Shown here in pieces: positions 31,795-35,386 of a stretch of 35,386 nucleotides of DNA (positions are counted from its first letter, which is position 1; each line of letters opens with the position of its first letter). This DNA comes from Scyliorhinus canicula. Lineage: Eukaryota. A program made the translations under genes and the position numbers. The notes beneath the pieces are model-generated. The model ran no database searches and had not been told where the DNA came from. It saw nothing but the letters and a program-made list of their open reading frames with translations. The DNA lies in assembly GCF_902713615.1 (NCBI RefSeq), contig NW_024055480.1:62001-97386 (forward strand), written 5' to 3'.

Positions 31795-33339
31795 CTCGCA
31801 ATGATAGACGAACACAACTACTCAGCCTGTGAGGGTCACAGGCTCATTAATACAACATCAAAATCAAACACAACACTCAATACGAACAAGTGAGCAGGAA
31901 CTGAATACTTATATTCGTTAGTTTATAACTTGCATTTGTATTGAAATGAATTTCACAAGTTAATTTATGGTTCGTAACTCACACTTAGTCTGTTTATGAT
32001 CTTTCCATTTCTGTCTGAATTATTGTGTGAACCTTTTCCATCTCAGTTCTCCCCTTCTAGGACCCTTTGATCAAAGCCGATACACAGAGTCTGGATGACT
32101 GGTGTATTTTATTGGTTCACAGACATTTGTAGAAAATTAGCACATTTCATGAGGCAGTGGTTGCAGACTTTATAACAAACGCCAAGGTCAGAGTCCCTCC
32201 AATATTAATTCTCCTTTCGAATGTCTGTTTAATGTTTTCTGACACAATTCACAAACATGTTTTTCCGTCCTACAATAACCAGACCAGCAAACCCATTCCT
32301 AACTCCGTCTGGAAATATGCAGCGATTCTTCTTATAAGGTACTGACTGTATCCCAGCTCGGATTGTTCCCATTCACTGACGGGCAGTTCCCCACCTACAG
32401 GTCTTAAACCGTCATTGGAGACGCAAGAAAGTGAAGTGAGAAAATGCTGAGAAAGACAACCGATTCTTGGTGGTGCGGAATAGAAGGTGTTGCTTCGAAC
32501 TTCAACCTTTACAAATCAGAGGGCGACAATGCAGCCACCCAGTATCTGGGTTGTATGGGGTTGGTGCGGGCGGGGCATTTCGGAAAGTAATTGTGGAACA
32601 AACACATTTCATCGCATTTGAAATCATGGTTTCAATCGGAATTTTAAACATATGATTATTTCCTGTTTCAGCGTGTATTTCTGATCTGAGTGATGAGAAT
32701 TCTGTTTCTCGGCTACTGCCGTCTGATGTTAAGACAGAAGAAGAAGTTGCTGTTTTTAGTTTAACCTTTGATGCTGCCTTCTTGAACCGCTGCAGTCCGT
32801 GTGGTGTTCAGGAGAAAGTTTCAGTCTTTCACTTGTGCTGTTACTCATGTCAGCAGACAAGCAGCGAGGCAAAAAACATACAGCAACAGCACCGCTCAGG
32901 CAGCCAAACTTCTCTCTGTATCTCTGGGTGGAGAAAGTGGCTCTGAATAGTTACTCAGGAGCAGGATTCACAGACTGAGTTCATGGTGGACAACAGTCCC
33001 ACTCCCGTATTTGTACTGTGTCTTAGAGCTCCTGTCTGTTGGAGTTCGACAGAATCTCGGGCAGATGCAGACATGATGTGGAGCCATCGAGCAGCGGCGA
33101 TGTCAGCCACACAAACCCACACGGGGGGGGGAGGGGACCACATTGATCTCGAATGAAACTAACCCACCTGTTACCAGCAGCGGCAGTAAAAACTTCAGAA
33201 TCCGATCAGACCGACAGATCCGTATCAAAGCAGTCAGGGTAACCCAGCATTGCTATTCCTGATCAGCTGTTAATTCTCTGAATCTCAGGGCTGGATGTTC
33301 AGATCAGCTCCGGGAAAAATGTTTCTACCTTTCAACCAG

Positions 33340-33640
33340 TCCCACTAACGTCACTCGGTTTACAGACTTACGTCACTAAACTACACGGAAACATCACACA
33401 TGTCCTCAGTCTGACTCCACATAGGCGGTGCTCTGCGCATGCGCATTCTCCAACCCACACCCACCAATGCTGAATCTCCTTCACAGCTTCACTTTGTGAT
33501 CACAAGCCCCTGAGACCCGGCTCGGGCGGGCACGGCGCAGTTGGTGTTAGACTCAGGTTGATGGACAACAGCGCTGCCTCCGCGGTATTGTCTCTGGTCC
33601 TGAACACTACCGAGAGCTACTGAACACAGATCGATAGGAT
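33340..33640. promoter_or_regulatory. CpG-rich promoter region upstream of V2
   Basis: Perfect NRF1 palindrome TGCGCATGCGCA at 33434-33445 and two ACGTCA CRE half-sites at ~33348 and ~33370, directly upstream of the leader ATG. Confidence 0.5.
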
Positions 33641-33645
33641 CCAAC

Positions 33646-34147
33646 ATGAAGCTGAGCTTTACTTTAGTGATTATCTCCCTGAATTTCTTACTCTTCTCTC
33701 CGTGTGAGTGTAATCACTATATCTGGCAGGAATATGTCACACATCAGACATGTCATGTTATAGGGACGTACAGTTTCCTTTATTGTATATATTGTTATGT
33801 CATGTTGTAGTTGATTGTGCTATATCATATTCTCGCGTATGTGTGATATTAAATTATTCATGTTATTTTACATCTCAGATGCGCTGGCAGTGAAGAGGTA
33901 TCACAGTCTCCAGAGTCAATCGTGTTCCCGAGGGAGATGTGCATCCTTGGCCTGTTCCACCACAGTAGCAGGACAGATCCTCCAATGGTACAGACAATAC
34001 CCGGATGGAACCATGCAGCACCTGGCGATCGGCACCAGCGATCAGGGCAGGATCACAGCTCAGTTCAGTTCAGCAGAGAAACACAGCTCTCTGAATGTTA
34101 GTGACGTTCGAGTGACAGACACCGCCACCTATCTCTGTGCAGTGAGG
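33646..34147 (+). CDS. T-cell receptor alpha-type V segment 2 (leader 33646-33703, V exon 33879-34147)
   Basis: Leader MKLSFTLVIISLNFLLFSP + GTGAGT donor, phase-1 intron ending CTCAG. V exon SLAC..LQWYRQYPDG..GRITA..SSLNVSDVRVTDTATYLCAVR followed by a perfect RSS. Confidence 0.93.
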
Positions 34148-34186
34148 CACAGTGAACTGAAAACCATTCAGCGCCGTACAAAAACC
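34148..34186 (+). promoter_or_regulatory. Consensus 23-RSS of V2
   Basis: CACAGTG (34148-34154), exactly 23 nt, then ACAAAAACC (34178-34186). Confidence 0.97.
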
Positions 34187-34627
34187 TGCCGGGTCATTCT
34201 GAAAGTGTGTAGCCTGTGCAGTTATCCAAGAGCAGGCATTTTAGTAACACTTCCATGGATATGCTGCAATGAGTGAGGCCTGTTCGTGATTTGCGTTTAC
34301 TCTTTCATATCAGAAAAGAAGGGTCAGAATCCATTTAAATTCATTTTATTTCTTTAGAAGTCACAACCAGAGGCACGGGTCCCATGGTGCATAATCCAGT
34401 ACTTAATATGCAAGAGCCCCGCCAGTATTATTAGAAACATGTCTGACTGAATCTCTCAGTGATTGGGAATGGAATGAGTTAGAGATTGAGAGAAGCAAGG
34501 GAACTCGGGCTCTGTTCAGCTCAATGTCCCACCCAGACACAGCAGGGAGCCAGGCCCATTGTGACATCACTGAATATACGTCTGGCTTTGGTCTCATGTG
34601 ACTTTCTAACTATCATGCCTGGACTTT

Positions 34628-34641
34628 GCGCCATCTGCTGG
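34628..34641 (-). promoter_or_regulatory. CTCF-like motif (CCAGCAGATGGCGC on the minus strand)
   Basis: Exact fit to the CCASYAGRKGGCRS consensus. CRE-like TGACATCA at 34562-34569. Confidence 0.6.
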
Positions 34642-34919
34642 AGGATTCTGTCCAACCCGGTTCACAATGGGGGTTTCTGAATGGATTGAAGGTCATTGAT
34701 TTGTATGTGAAAACATCGATGTCAGGAATGAGAACTGACTATCCAAATCTGGATCTTCTCGTTACTTCTTTCTCTGGTCTATCTGTCGGAAGGCAGGTCC
34801 AACCCATTGCAACGTCACTGGGAGGCAGGCCGCAACCACTCCAGAGCTGGAACAGGAATCCAGACCCTTCTGGCTTTCCAATCTCCTGAGCTATACCCAA
34901 CCGTCGTTCGCACACAGCA

Positions 34920-35386
34920 TGAAAATCGTCGGTGTGCTAAATAGCGGAGGAATGGTATAGATTGCAGGATGATATTGACGGAAGGGCCAGATGGGCAGAA
35001 CAGTGACAAACGGAATTTAACACTGATGCATTTTGGGAGGACGAACTTTGCAAGAAAACACAATGAATGGCAGCACACCAAGAAGTACAGGACCGTGGTG
35101 TTCATGCCACAGATCCCGCAGGCAACTGGCAAGTAGATAAGGTGGTGAAGAAGACATACAGGATACTTGCCTTTGTTAGCTGAGACATGGAATATAAGAG
35201 CAGGGAGGTAATTATGAAGCCGTATAAAATGCTGGTTAGTCCTCAGCTGGAGTATTTTGTGCACATCTGCTCGCCACCTTACGGAAAGGATGTGATTATA
35301 GCAGAGAGGTGCAGAAGAGATTAATCAGGAGGTTTTCTGGGCAGGAATGTTTCAGCTCTGAGGAGAGGCTAGATAGCTGGGATATT
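34920..35386 (+). mobile_element. Old CR1 LINE RT C-terminal fragment
   Basis: Degenerate homology to 5430-5900 (..LQDDID..WAEQ..MHFGR..YKMLVSPQLEY..). Confidence 0.75.

Noticed and set aside
32955-33143. Minus-strand ORF with a hydrophobic start as a small secreted protein
   Set aside because: No recognisable domain, it spans a G homopolymer of uncertain length, and there is no supporting exon structure.
33815-34276. 153-aa ORF as a stand-alone Ig-domain gene
   Set aside because: It begins in the leader intron and reads through the RSS. It is the unrearranged V2 exon.

Overview
This is eukaryotic, repeat-rich vertebrate DNA. The SINE and LINE repertoire points to a cartilaginous fish, probably a shark (inference). 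There is no prokaryotic content and no CRISPR array. From left to right: (1) a CpG-rich, probable first exon/promoter facing out of the window; (2) a decayed minus-strand L1-type LINE (~2618-10502) carrying a nested CR1 and two SINEs, in which one 41-bp hairpin-forming piece of the ORF2 tail has expanded into a ~2.6-kb minisatellite; (3) a frameshifted 11-finger C2H2 zinc-finger exon interrupted by a DeuSINE; (4) a SINE/LINE mosaic containing a U2 snRNA-like fragment; (5) a mostly decayed tRNA cluster (Val, Pro, Arg, Asn) with one perfect tRNA-His, where the Pro copies carry inserts at the canonical 37/38 intron position and one copy sits in a tRNA-Pro+SINE chimera flanked by a target-site duplication; (6) a young, internally deleted class I endogenous retrovirus (24020-30850, minus strand, two 777-bp LTRs, CTCC TSD, tRNA-Ile PBS); (7) two T-cell receptor alpha/delta-type V segments with leader exons and 23-type RSSs, plus CTCF-like and CRE-like motifs. 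Many frameshifts are 1-2 nt losses in short homopolymer or dinucleotide runs and may be assembly errors. All assignments were made by eye without database searches.
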